A stretch of 64,000 nt of DNA from positions 1 through 64,000 of the IMG/VR virus record IMGVR_UViG_3300042862_000198; one strand, written 5' to 3'. Each line of letters opens with the position of its first letter. Position 1 is the first letter of the stretch. A program made the translations under genes and the position numbers. Positions 18,621 to 26,754 of this stretch are shown in pieces. This DNA comes from a virus. The notes beneath the pieces are model-generated. The model saw only the letters and a program-made list of their open reading frames with translations. It was not told the DNA's origin and did not search any database.

Positions 18621-19055
18621 TTATTTAAGAAAACCTAGTATTCTTGCTTGTTCTGGATTTTCGTGCAGCCAAGTATGACAAGGTCTACAAGTTGATATCC
18701 ATGTTAATTGGGTTAATGTTTTTTCACCTCTTCCTTCCATGTGATGTATATCAGTAGCATTAAAGAAACAATCTTTTGATACTTTAACATTACATAAAGG
18801 ATTCTTATTCATATATTCTTTTCTCATTAATAAATAAGCCTTATCTAAAGCTTTTTGCTTTTCAGATTTTAGCTTTATTCTTGGTCTTTTCTTTACATTA
18901 GGAAGAACCACAGGGATTAGGTTTTCAGTTGGTTTCTGAGCAACAAGATTGCTTTGGTGACAACTCCAGCAATTTTTGCAATATCTAAATCCCTCATGGT
19001 TTTTCCAAATTATGGATGGTTTCATACATCCATAACATTCTTTCAATTTTACCAT
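18621..19055 (-). CDS. HNH nuclease with N-terminal zinc finger
   Basis: CYGC..CKNC; ATDIHH..GR...CRPCHTWLH. Confidence 0.75.
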   Translation of the reverse strand: MVKLKECYGCMKPSIIWKNHEGFRYCKNCWSCHQSNLVAQKPTENLIPVVLPNVKKRPRIKLKSEKQKALDKAYLLMRKEYMNKNPLCNVKVSKDCFFNATDIHHMEGRGEKTLTQLTWISTCRPCHTWLHENPEQARILGFLK

Positions 19056-19059
19056 ATAA

Positions 19060-19275
19060 CTATTCTTTTGGTTTAGGTACACCTTTTGCAATATAATAAC
19101 TTATAAGATCTATTTTTTCATATTTAGGTCTAGGTATTTGTGCACCTGTAAATATACAGGTAGTCCACCAATAGTTTTCATCTCTCATAGTTCTTAAATC
19201 TTCTAAATCTAATCCAGAAAGCAAATCATAAAATTCTTGATCTAATGGTGTTAACTTTGGTGTATAGTTATTCAT
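19060..19275 (-). CDS. hypothetical protein
   Basis: 71-aa ORF. Confidence 0.55.
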   Translation of the reverse strand: MNNYTPKLTPLDQEFYDLLSGLDLEDLRTMRDENYWWTTCIFTGAQIPRPKYEKIDLISYYIAKGVPKPKE

Positions 19276-19747
19276 TTTTTAGTCTTGGTAATTGAATCAT
19301 ACTTACTTGTGGTCCTTCTAAACTTAAAAAGTTTTTTGGAAGGATTCCTTCTGATATAAAGATAGTAATAATATCACTTTTATTAATATTTAAATCTTTA
19401 AAATTTAGAGTATTAATGATGCTTACATCTGTTTCAGTTTCAGTTAGTAAAAATTCTGTAATTGGACTGTTTGGAAATAAAGATTTAAAAAGAAAATTAC
19501 TATAAGATATAGTAGCTTGTTGTTTAAGTTTATTAATTACAACTTGAGCTCTCTTATATACATTAATAATTCTTTGTTTCTTTTTACTACACATAGTAGC
19601 TATTTCTTTTTCAGTCATTGCACTAAGACCATGCAATGCTCTTTTGTACAAATAGTTTTGGTATTGATTATACCCATCAGTATCATACTTAATGTATGTT
19701 TTACTGCTTGTTTGATACTCTTTAATACTTTGTTTTAGCTTTTCCAT
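19268..19747 (-). CDS. hypothetical protein
   Basis: 159-aa ORF. Confidence 0.7.
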   Translation of the reverse strand: MEKLKQSIKEYQTSSKTYIKYDTDGYNQYQNYLYKRALHGLSAMTEKEIATMCSKKKQRIINVYKRAQVVINKLKQQATISYSNFLFKSLFPNSPITEFLLTETETDVSIINTLNFKDLNINKSDIITIFISEGILPKNFLSLEGPQVSMIQLPRLKNE

Positions 19748-19769
19748 TATATATATATATTAATTTTAA

Positions 19770-19803
19770 ATAAAATAGAGAGGGACATCAGTGTCCCCCT
19801 CTG
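19770..19803 (-). terminator. intrinsic terminator
   Basis: AGAGGGGGACAC-loop-TGTCCCTCTCT then TATTTT. Confidence 0.65.
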
Positions 19804-19820
19804 GTAACATTCTTTACAAA

Positions 19821-20294
19821 TTAGATTGTAAAGTCCTCATTTGCACTAACTGTAGTAGTTGATACTCTTTGTATAGCATATGCTTCACGTAACTCTTCTA
19901 TATTATCATGCTGAATAGTTATATCTGCAGCATTACTAGAAGTATTATACACAGTTTTACGGTAAATAGGTTCATCTCCTACTTTACATAGTATACCTGT
20001 TTTACCTGCAATTTTTAAATCTCTTTCTGGAGACTTTTTATTAAATGGAACTAAAGATTCTTTAATGATAATCTTACCTTCAAGAATTTGTCCTGCATAA
20101 TAGCCCATTTCTTGTAGAATACCTACAGGAGCCTGAATTAGTGCAGACATATTTTGTCTCCTTAGAAATCCATTGTCATCTACAAGTGTTCTAACTTGTT
20201 GTAATTTTACATACCCATAGTCTGGGTTATTTGCAGAGACATATATCACTGCACCGGTAGTAGCATCAGGTACTACAACAACTTTTGATTGCAT
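19821..20294 (-). CDS. hypothetical protein
   Basis: 157-aa ORF with its own terminator. Confidence 0.75.
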   Translation of the reverse strand: MQSKVVVVPDATTGAVIYVSANNPDYGYVKLQQVRTLVDDNGFLRRQNMSALIQAPVGILQEMGYYAGQILEGKIIIKESLVPFNKKSPERDLKIAGKTGILCKVGDEPIYRKTVYNTSSNAADITIQHDNIEELREAYAIQRVSTTTVSANEDFTI

Positions 20295-20394
20295 AATTTT
20301 ATGTTTTAAATAAATAAATAGATTATATGAGTAGATACTCTATTACAGTTACTCAAGCTGTAATAAGTTATTTATATTATATTTTACTATAATA

Positions 20395-20667
20395 TTATAT
20401 ATCTGAGGGACCGGACAAATCTATTATTTCATCAAATGGATCATCATCTGAAATAATATCATTAACATCACTTTCATCATCTGCTAGATAATCAAAGTCA
20501 TAATACTTTTCTTTAGTATTTTTAGATATTGCTGAGTCTGCAAAAGGATTAATTATATGTTCACCATAGTCAATAGACATTAAGTACTGAATATCTAAAT
20601 CTGTGAGATCTAGATACTGATCAACACTTAAATATATTACTTTGCCATTTGGCAGCTGATATAACAT
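20395..20667 (-). CDS. acidic hypothetical protein
   Basis: MLYQLPNGKVIYLS. Confidence 0.7.
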   Translation of the reverse strand: MLYQLPNGKVIYLSVDQYLDLTDLDIQYLMSIDYGEHIINPFADSAISKNTKEKYYDFDYLADDESDVNDIISDDDPFDEIIDLSGPSDI

Positions 20668-20762
20668 TTGTAATGATTCATATAATTAAGTAAATATATT
20701 ATATTATATTTAACATAGCTTTATTAAAAATCAAAATTATTGTAATATATAGCTAATACAAT

Positions 20763-20786
20763 AAAAAGGGGTCATTATAACCCCTT
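20763..20786 (-). terminator. intrinsic terminator
   Basis: AAGGGGTT-loop-GACCCCTTTTT. Confidence 0.6.
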
Positions 20787-20820
20787 ATTATTTTTAGGAA
20801 AAGCAATCCTAATTAAACTT

Positions 20821-21033
20821 TTATAGATTATATTTTTGATAATCTCTAATTTTATCTAACAAACCTGTATTAAAGTTAGTCCATTTGTTATAATAATCTA
20901 CATTAAATATATACTCAGGTTTTTCTTCAGGTATATAATTACAAGTAGTTCCGGAAGGTATAACATTTCCTTCATTATCTGTAATTTCTGCATCAAGATC
21001 AAATCCTAATACAGAAGTAATAGTATTACACAT
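20821..21033 (-). CDS. hypothetical protein
   Basis: 70 aa. Confidence 0.6.
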   Translation of the reverse strand: MCNTITSVLGFDLDAEITDNEGNVIPSGTTCNYIPEEKPEYIFNVDYYNKWTNFNTGLLDKIRDYQKYNL

Positions 21034-21263
21034 TAGGCAAGAATAGCATAAATAATTAATACTATACTTGTAATTATAAAACCATATAGCATAATTTTAA
21101 GAGGTCTCATCATTTTGTAATGATGTATATCTTTTTCTAATATATATAACTCATAGTCTATATCATTAATTGCTTGAAGTTTAAAGTCATAATCTGAATC
21201 TGATCTTCTTGCTTCATCAAGTAAGATTAATAATTCTTTTCTTCTTTTTAATAGTTTTTTCAT
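21033..21263 (-). CDS. membrane-anchored hypothetical protein
   Basis: Coiled-coil plus C-terminal TM; start MKKLLK. Confidence 0.6.
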   Translation of the reverse strand: MKKLLKRRKELLILLDEARRSDSDYDFKLQAINDIDYELYILEKDIHHYKMMRPLKIMLYGFIITSIVLIIYAILA

Positions 21264-21384
21264 AAGATTAAATTTGAGCAAGCATCCAACATATAAAACT
21301 TGTATACATTATAGCTAAGATTAATATTAGTTTCATAATTATTTTAAATAAATGATAAATTATAACAGTTTTACCAACCTACTG

Positions 21385-21696
21385 TTAAGGTATTGAATAA
21401 AATAGTTGTTTTAATTCTTCTTGTTGTTTAATATTTTTTATAGCATGAATAAATTTGAAATAGTTATTTTTATCACTAGTTCCATATACAATTAAGTTGC
21501 CAGAAACTGAATATTGATATCTAATATTACAACCTAAGTTATTATATTTTTTTATTAATAATGATAGTTTATCAATATTCATATCTTTATATTTTAACTT
21601 AAATTCTACATCATTCATGTATATATTTGCTCCAAATTCTCCATTGTAATACAAATTATCAAGAGCATAATTTTCTAACATATTTTCTAGGTTCAT
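21385..21696 (-). CDS. hypothetical protein
   Basis: 103 aa. Confidence 0.55.
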   Translation of the reverse strand: MNLENMLENYALDNLYYNGEFGANIYMNDVEFKLKYKDMNIDKLSLLIKKYNNLGCNIRYQYSVSGNLIVYGTSDKNNYFKFIHAIKNIKQQEELKQLFYSIP

Positions 21697-22028
21697 AGTT
21701 CATCAAGATTAGCAATATTTAACTCAAAATTTGCTTGATTTAATAATGATTGATTTTTATCAATCAACTTATTAATCTTATAATCATTAAGTTTTAATGC
21801 AAGACTTAATTTAAAATCTTCAAGTTTTGTATAACAATAAAAATTATCTTTTTTTGTATTAAAACAACCTTCAATTCTATATCCATTTCTTGTTTGCATT
21901 ATACAAATTTCATTGTACTCTTTTTCTAAACTTGTTGCATCTGCAGATGATAGTTTACAATTTAATTTTACAAGGATATTATATCCTAATTGGGAATACC
22001 CAAATTTTAATTGGTGGTTCATAATCAT
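21693..22028 (-). CDS. hypothetical protein
   Basis: 111 aa. Confidence 0.6.
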   Translation of the reverse strand: MIMNHQLKFGYSQLGYNILVKLNCKLSSADATSLEKEYNEICIMQTRNGYRIEGCFNTKKDNFYCYTKLEDFKLSLALKLNDYKINKLIDKNQSLLNQANFELNIANLDEL

Positions 22029-22088
22029 ATTTTTTATAAGTAATAAGTATAAGCAGTTTCACCATCCCACTGCTAAGGTCAATTAATT

Positions 22089-22307
22089 TTACAAATCTTC
22101 ATTGTACTCAAAATCTCCGGAATCTATATATTCCAGAATCTCTTCCTTGTAAGCATAGTCAACAGTATAACCTATAAACTTTTTATCACCTTCTGTAATT
22201 ATAGTAAGTTCATCAAAGTTTATTCTATATGTATCTCTACCATCTACATCCTTTTGAAATACTATGGTACCTGTAATCAGATACCATAGAAATATTAATG
22301 TATTCAT
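22089..22307 (-). CDS. hypothetical protein
   Basis: DYAYKEEILEYI. Confidence 0.65.
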   Translation of the reverse strand: MNTLIFLWYLITGTIVFQKDVDGRDTYRINFDELTIITEGDKKFIGYTVDYAYKEEILEYIDSGDFEYNEDL

Positions 22308-22474
22308 TATGCAGAAACTAATTTCTCTGCAATGTAAGATTCTCTCAACATAACAATTGTTTGTATGTCTAGCTCATAAAGTGCATCTATGTATTCCTGA
22401 GTTAAGAATACATTTTGTTTCTGTGCTGATGTTACTAACTTAGTAATCTCAGTAATCATAAATTGTGTAATCAT
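22307..22474 (-). CDS. hypothetical protein
   Basis: Start MITQFM; the longer ORF-track version crosses a terminator. Confidence 0.55.
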   Translation of the reverse strand: MITQFMITEITKLVTSAQKQNVFLTQEYIDALYELDIQTIVMLRESYIAEKLVSA

Positions 22475-22499
22475 ATATATAAATTTTAATTGGTTACAG

Positions 22500-22532
22500 T
22501 ATAAAAAGAGGAGTAATCTTATTACTCCCCTT
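22500..22532 (-). terminator. intrinsic terminator
   Basis: AGGGGAGTAAT-loop-ATTACTCCTCT TTTT. Confidence 0.75.
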
Positions 22533-23013
22533 AAGTTTAATGCTAATAACTTTCTACCCATGAACCTCTAAGCATCACCTGTTCATATGCACCAATAAGG
22601 ACTACAATCATTAGTTCATGTATCTTATGTTATTGGATTTCAAGGTCTTTCAACCTATATGTATGATAATAAGTATCATATACTTGCATTGACTCATCAC
22701 CACTTATGCTATGGTATCCCTCTGTACTCAGTTGTAATACACATACATTGTTACCTTTACACTACCTACAAGTCTATGGACTTTTTAATATGAAGGTTCA
22801 GTAAGAATACCCATAACAGGATTTCCATTAACAAGCATAAAATGCATAGTGGTTTCCACAAATCATTAGCTAAATGATTGAAGTGTTAGCATACCAGACA
22901 TAACTATACCACCTCGGAGTTAATTAAACTCTGTATGGATTTATAACTACAACTGTAGTCTTATGCCTATGTATTACAATTGCCTGACCTTGGGAATCAG
23001 GAATGGTACATTA
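22500..23013 (-). ncRNA. candidate large structured ncRNA with twister-like ribozyme core
   Basis: No credible ORF, many hairpins, twister core motifs at 22981-23013 and 22717-22731, ends at a terminator. Confidence 0.6.
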
Positions 23014-23014
23014 A

Positions 23015-23242
23015 TTAATGAAAATCATTATAATCTTCAGGAGCATAATCTTCTTCAAGCATTTGCTCAATGAAGTTTTGTGCTATATCACCTTGTATTT
23101 CAAACTTAGGTTTTACAGGTGTAGCTATTACTCTTGCTTTATTATTAATAATAAGCTTAAGAGTATTTCTTAAATGTTGTATATCCATAGTATCAACATT
23201 AATCTTTTGACCATTTTTCATAGTCCAATAAACATTTTCCAT
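23015..23242 (-). CDS. hypothetical protein
   Basis: WTMKNGQKINVDTMDIQHLRNTL. Confidence 0.7.
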   Translation of the reverse strand: MENVYWTMKNGQKINVDTMDIQHLRNTLKLIINNKARVIATPVKPKFEIQGDIAQNFIEQMLEEDYAPEDYNDFH

Positions 23243-23513
23243 AAGTATAATTTTAAATTTTAAATATTCCGGAAATACTAACCTTGCTTTCCCTATAGAG
23301 AGAGAACCTAATAGTATATATAGTCAATACTAATGATTAGCTATATAAATATATATTATAAGGCTTTATTCCCAATCTGTTAACACACAAACTGCCAATA
23401 ATATGGTGATAGTTTATCACTTTATCACACTTTCACCCTCTTTCTCACTATTTTCAAAAATATAACTACTTGATTTACAGTATCAAAGTCACATTGTTAC
23501 ACAGGCTGGAGAC

Positions 23514-23600
23514 TTGCTACAAATAACAGATAATTATATCTTGCAAACAGTTTTTATAAAAACATTTGCTACAAATAACAGTGATTGTTACCTTGCAAAC
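23514..23600. repeat. two 35-bp direct repeats
   Basis: TTGCTACAAATAACAG-N10-CTTGCAAAC at 23514 and 23566. Confidence 0.85.
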
Positions 23601-23611
23601 CTTTTAGTATA

Positions 23612-24193
23612 AAGCTGTATTAAGACTGCCGTAGGCTTTTTAAACAAAACACACCCAATTAAGGGTGTGCTTGTGTGGTTTGTTATACAGTAAGACCTGC
23701 AAACAAGTGTGCAAAATCTGCTTTGGTAGCAATCTCTGCACTACTGCCGTTTAATACAGTCAACCAAACTGTATCACCGTCCAACTGCATTTCAACAGTA
23801 TATGTGTCACCTACTGTAACACCATTTTGGAAGCTCTTCTCCCAAATTTTGGCAAAGTATGTCTTGCCTGAAACCTCAACTGTACAAGTTCTAAACATTG
23901 TACCATTGCTATTAGACTTAACTAAATTAGCAACACTTTTCAGGATACCCTGAACTTTAACATTTTCCATTAGTTTATTTTTTTAATGAATTAATAATAA
24001 TTATCCCTAACAGTCCTAAGTTGTATCTAAGGCTGCCGCAGGCTTATGTAAAAAAAGGGGAATAAACCCCTTAATAATATAAGTATACTACTGAACTGAA
24101 CCGTATAAACCCTGCTTTAAATGTGGATAGGACAACCACTTTACCTTAATATCCTTAATAGTCTGAAGCTGTATCTAAAGCTGCCGCAGGCTT
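23612..24193 (-). repeat. three promoter-like boxes
   Basis: AAGCCT(G/A)CGGCAG..TTA(G)ATACA at 23612-23638, 24002-24045, 24150-24193. Confidence 0.8.
23683..23970 (-). CDS. small beta-rich (OB-fold-like) protein
   Basis: 95 aa; box upstream, terminator at 23645-23672 downstream. Confidence 0.7.
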   Translation of the reverse strand: MENVKVQGILKSVANLVKSNSNGTMFRTCTVEVSGKTYFAKIWEKSFQNGVTVGDTYTVEMQLDGDTVWLTVLNGSSAEIATKADFAHLFAGLTV

Positions 24194-24661
24194 TATATAT
24201 AGAATATAATATACTATACTATATATATAGTGTGGTGAGCCAAGACCTTTGACATCCTTCTAGTATATACTATACAATACTATACTACATAGCATAGCAT
24301 AGTTACTAGCTATTCCATAGTAATACTAAAACTATTTCCTGGTAGAATTTATTTTAGAAAATAATTCCTGTTTAGTTTTAAGTTGTATGAAACAATGGGG
24401 GGTACCCCGGCTGGCTGAGAGTGGGGGGATGTGTTTTATAGGGACCCTCCTTCCTCCCTTATATATTAAAAACCCAAATAACTTTGTCCAGTTTTTAGTG
24501 CAACAAACTTGACATCCTGGGGGCTACATCTGAGACAGAATGTACCCGGGGGTATAAACACCTACCCTAAATTTTATATATTGGTGATGTCAAAGATGTT
24601 ATCTATATTTGTGTAAGTAATAAATTATTTGTATATTATAGTATAACTTAAAAATATAAAA

Positions 24662-25315
24662 ATGGATATTTTAAATTTTATTTCCTGGATAAAAGCAGGA
24701 AAATATACTACGACTGCACCACTTGATGCAGTTACTGTAGTTGGTGTTCCTAATCCAACAAGAGGAGATGCATATTTACCAGCTACTGTTCCTATATCTG
24801 CTTTACAAACTAATATAGGTAAATTTATTGGAGGAGGAATAGTTGTAAGTGAATGGTTTGAAAATGGAGTTCATAAAGCTCTTATAGTATCATTACAAGA
24901 TTTATCTATTAATTCTAAGTGGACAGTAACTGCACAACAAGGTGTTAATTTACCTGGTGCTATAAGTTTTTCAGATGGTCTTTCAAATACAAATGCAATT
25001 ATAGCACAAACAGGAGCTCCTGCTACTACAGCTTATGCAGCAGGAATTGCAAGACTTTATGCAGATGGTGGTTATAATGATTGGTATTTACCTTCTCTTG
25101 GAGAGTTAACTATGTGTTATAATTCAAGAGCTATTATAAATAAAGTTTTAACAAATTTAGGAATAGGGAATGATTTTGGTAGTGCTGCCTATTGGAGTTC
25201 TACAGGATACACTGCTACTGACGCATATTCACTAGATTTTAGTGATAGTATTAATTATATAACTCTTAAAAGTTCACAAGAAGCTGTACGTGCAGTAAGA
25301 ACACACACTTTTTAA
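24662..25315 (+). CDS. DUF1566/Lcl C-type-lectin-fold protein
   Basis: DWYLPSLGEL, YWSST, VRAVR; N-terminus shared with 27671. Confidence 0.75.
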   Translation: MDILNFISWIKAGKYTTTAPLDAVTVVGVPNPTRGDAYLPATVPISALQTNIGKFIGGGIVVSEWFENGVHKALIVSLQDLSINSKWTVTAQQGVNLPGAISFSDGLSNTNAIIAQTGAPATTAYAAGIARLYADGGYNDWYLPSLGELTMCYNSRAIINKVLTNLGIGNDFGSAAYWSSTGYTATDAYSLDFSDSINYITLKSSQEAVRAVRTHTF

Positions 25316-25339
25316 TTATAAACTATAAATAAAAAAAAA

Positions 25340-25492
25340 ATGAAACAATTAATAGGATATTATAATGAACAAGGAACTTACATTGAAGAACTTGTAGAAG
25401 TTGTTGAAAAAACTAAAGAAGATTTAATAGATCAAAAAGAAAAAAGATTATTAAAATTAACTAAAGAATTAGAAAATTTAAAAAAACTATAA
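25340..25492 (+). CDS. small coiled-coil protein (50 aa)
   Basis: MKQLIGYYNEQGTYIEE... Confidence 0.55.
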   Translation: MKQLIGYYNEQGTYIEELVEVVEKTKEDLIDQKEKRLLKLTKELENLKKL

Positions 25493-25500
25493 AATTAGTC

Positions 25501-25638
25501 ATGGCAAAAATTAAAGATACATTTACTAAGTTAGATAAACCAAAAGTTTCTAGAACTGGTGTTCATGCAAAAACTAAAGTTTCTAAACTTAAGTCTTCTA
25601 AAAATTATAAGAAGTTATACCGAGGTCAAGGAAAATAA
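25501..25638 (+). CDS. small basic YRGQG protein (45 aa)
   Basis: ...RTGVHAKTKVSKLKSSKNYKKLYRGQGK*. Confidence 0.7.
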   Translation: MAKIKDTFTKLDKPKVSRTGVHAKTKVSKLKSSKNYKKLYRGQGK

Positions 25639-25700
25639 TTTAATATATTTGTTTTTATATAAAATATTTTTATATTTGTAAAAAACTAAACAAATATATT

Positions 25701-26027
25701 ATGTTAGATAAACCTAAATGTGGATGTGGAAAATCTCAAGATCCTGATGGATTTTGTGATGGATCTCATAAAAATAATGAAAATCAAGTAGCATTTAAAG
25801 AAACAAAAATTTATTCTTTTGGAGATATTTTAGTAGGATTAAATACTGAAGAATTACCAGAAGGTGTTGAATTAGAAGTAAAACAAAAATTTTCTGAGAT
25901 TACAGAAATTTTAAAAAGTACTTATACAATGTCAACACAATCTCCAGTTAAAAGTTTATTGTTTGATCATGCAGTTGGAGAAATACTAAATGCTCAAATG
26001 TCTGTTGTTAAATTACTAAAACTATAA
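25701..26027 (+). CDS. CDGSH Fe-S motif fused to Acb2/Tad1-like helical hairpin
   Basis: CGCGKSQDPDGFCDGSH; SFGDILVGL...VKQKFSE...AVGEILNAQMSVVK. Confidence 0.6.
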   Translation: MLDKPKCGCGKSQDPDGFCDGSHKNNENQVAFKETKIYSFGDILVGLNTEELPEGVELEVKQKFSEITEILKSTYTMSTQSPVKSLLFDHAVGEILNAQMSVVKLLKL

Positions 26028-26029
26028 AT

Positions 26030-26737
26030 ATGATTTATAAAAATAGAATTATTTGTAATAGTATAGATAATTATACTTATTTGTGTTATGAAAATGATAC
26101 AATTTCAAATAGTTTATTTAATTATGGATATTGGGAAAATGAGTTAATAAAATATGCAGAAACATTTTTAAATGACAATTCTATAATTTTAGATATTGGT
26201 GCAAATATCGGAACTTGGTCAATACCTTTAGCTATAAAAAATAGAAAAGTTTATTCATTTGAACCATACGATTCTTCTTTTTATTCATTATGTGGAAATA
26301 TATTTTTAAATAATAAAGAGCATATTATTTATCCGTATCATTCAGCACTTGTTGATAATGTAAATAAAAAAACAACAATGTATTTATCAGAAACAATAAA
26401 CATAGGTGGTTGTAAACTAATTGAAACAAATGATAATAACAATAAATTAAATAGATATAAATTGATTACTTTAGATTCATTAAAATTAAAAAAAGTAAAC
26501 TTTATAAAAATTGATGTAGAGGGTCAAGAATTAAATGTAATAAAAGGTGGTACTAAAACTATTCTAAAAAATAAACCAGTAATTTTTTTTGAATGTTGGG
26601 ACATAAATAGTGAGCATTGGAATAATATACCAAACACACACAATCAATTAATGGAGTATATAAAATCTTTAGGATATACTATAAATAAAATAAACATTGA
26701 TGGAAATGATAATTATGAAGCAATACCAATAAATTAA
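26030..26737 (+). CDS. FkbM-family methyltransferase
   Basis: LDIGANIG, SFEP, IKIDVEGQE. Confidence 0.9.
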   Translation: MIYKNRIICNSIDNYTYLCYENDTISNSLFNYGYWENELIKYAETFLNDNSIILDIGANIGTWSIPLAIKNRKVYSFEPYDSSFYSLCGNIFLNNKEHIIYPYHSALVDNVNKKTTMYLSETINIGGCKLIETNDNNNKLNRYKLITLDSLKLKKVNFIKIDVEGQELNVIKGGTKTILKNKPVIFFECWDINSEHWNNIPNTHNQLMEYIKSLGYTINKINIDGNDNYEAIPIN

Positions 26738-26754
26738 ATTAAAAAACTATAAAT

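Noticed and set aside
22600-22705. Hammerhead ribozyme (GUGAUGAG...GAAA)
   Set aside because: Core is GUGAUGA, not CUGAUGA, and flanking stems do not fit
23612-24193. CRISPR mini-array
   Set aside because: Spacing is irregular (about 105 and 360 nt) and contains a gene and terminators
22500-24660. tRNA genes
   Set aside because: No cloverleaf with T-loop GTTCRA found by eye
25180-25315. Diversity-generating retroelement
   Set aside because: No reverse transcriptase or template repeat seen in the window
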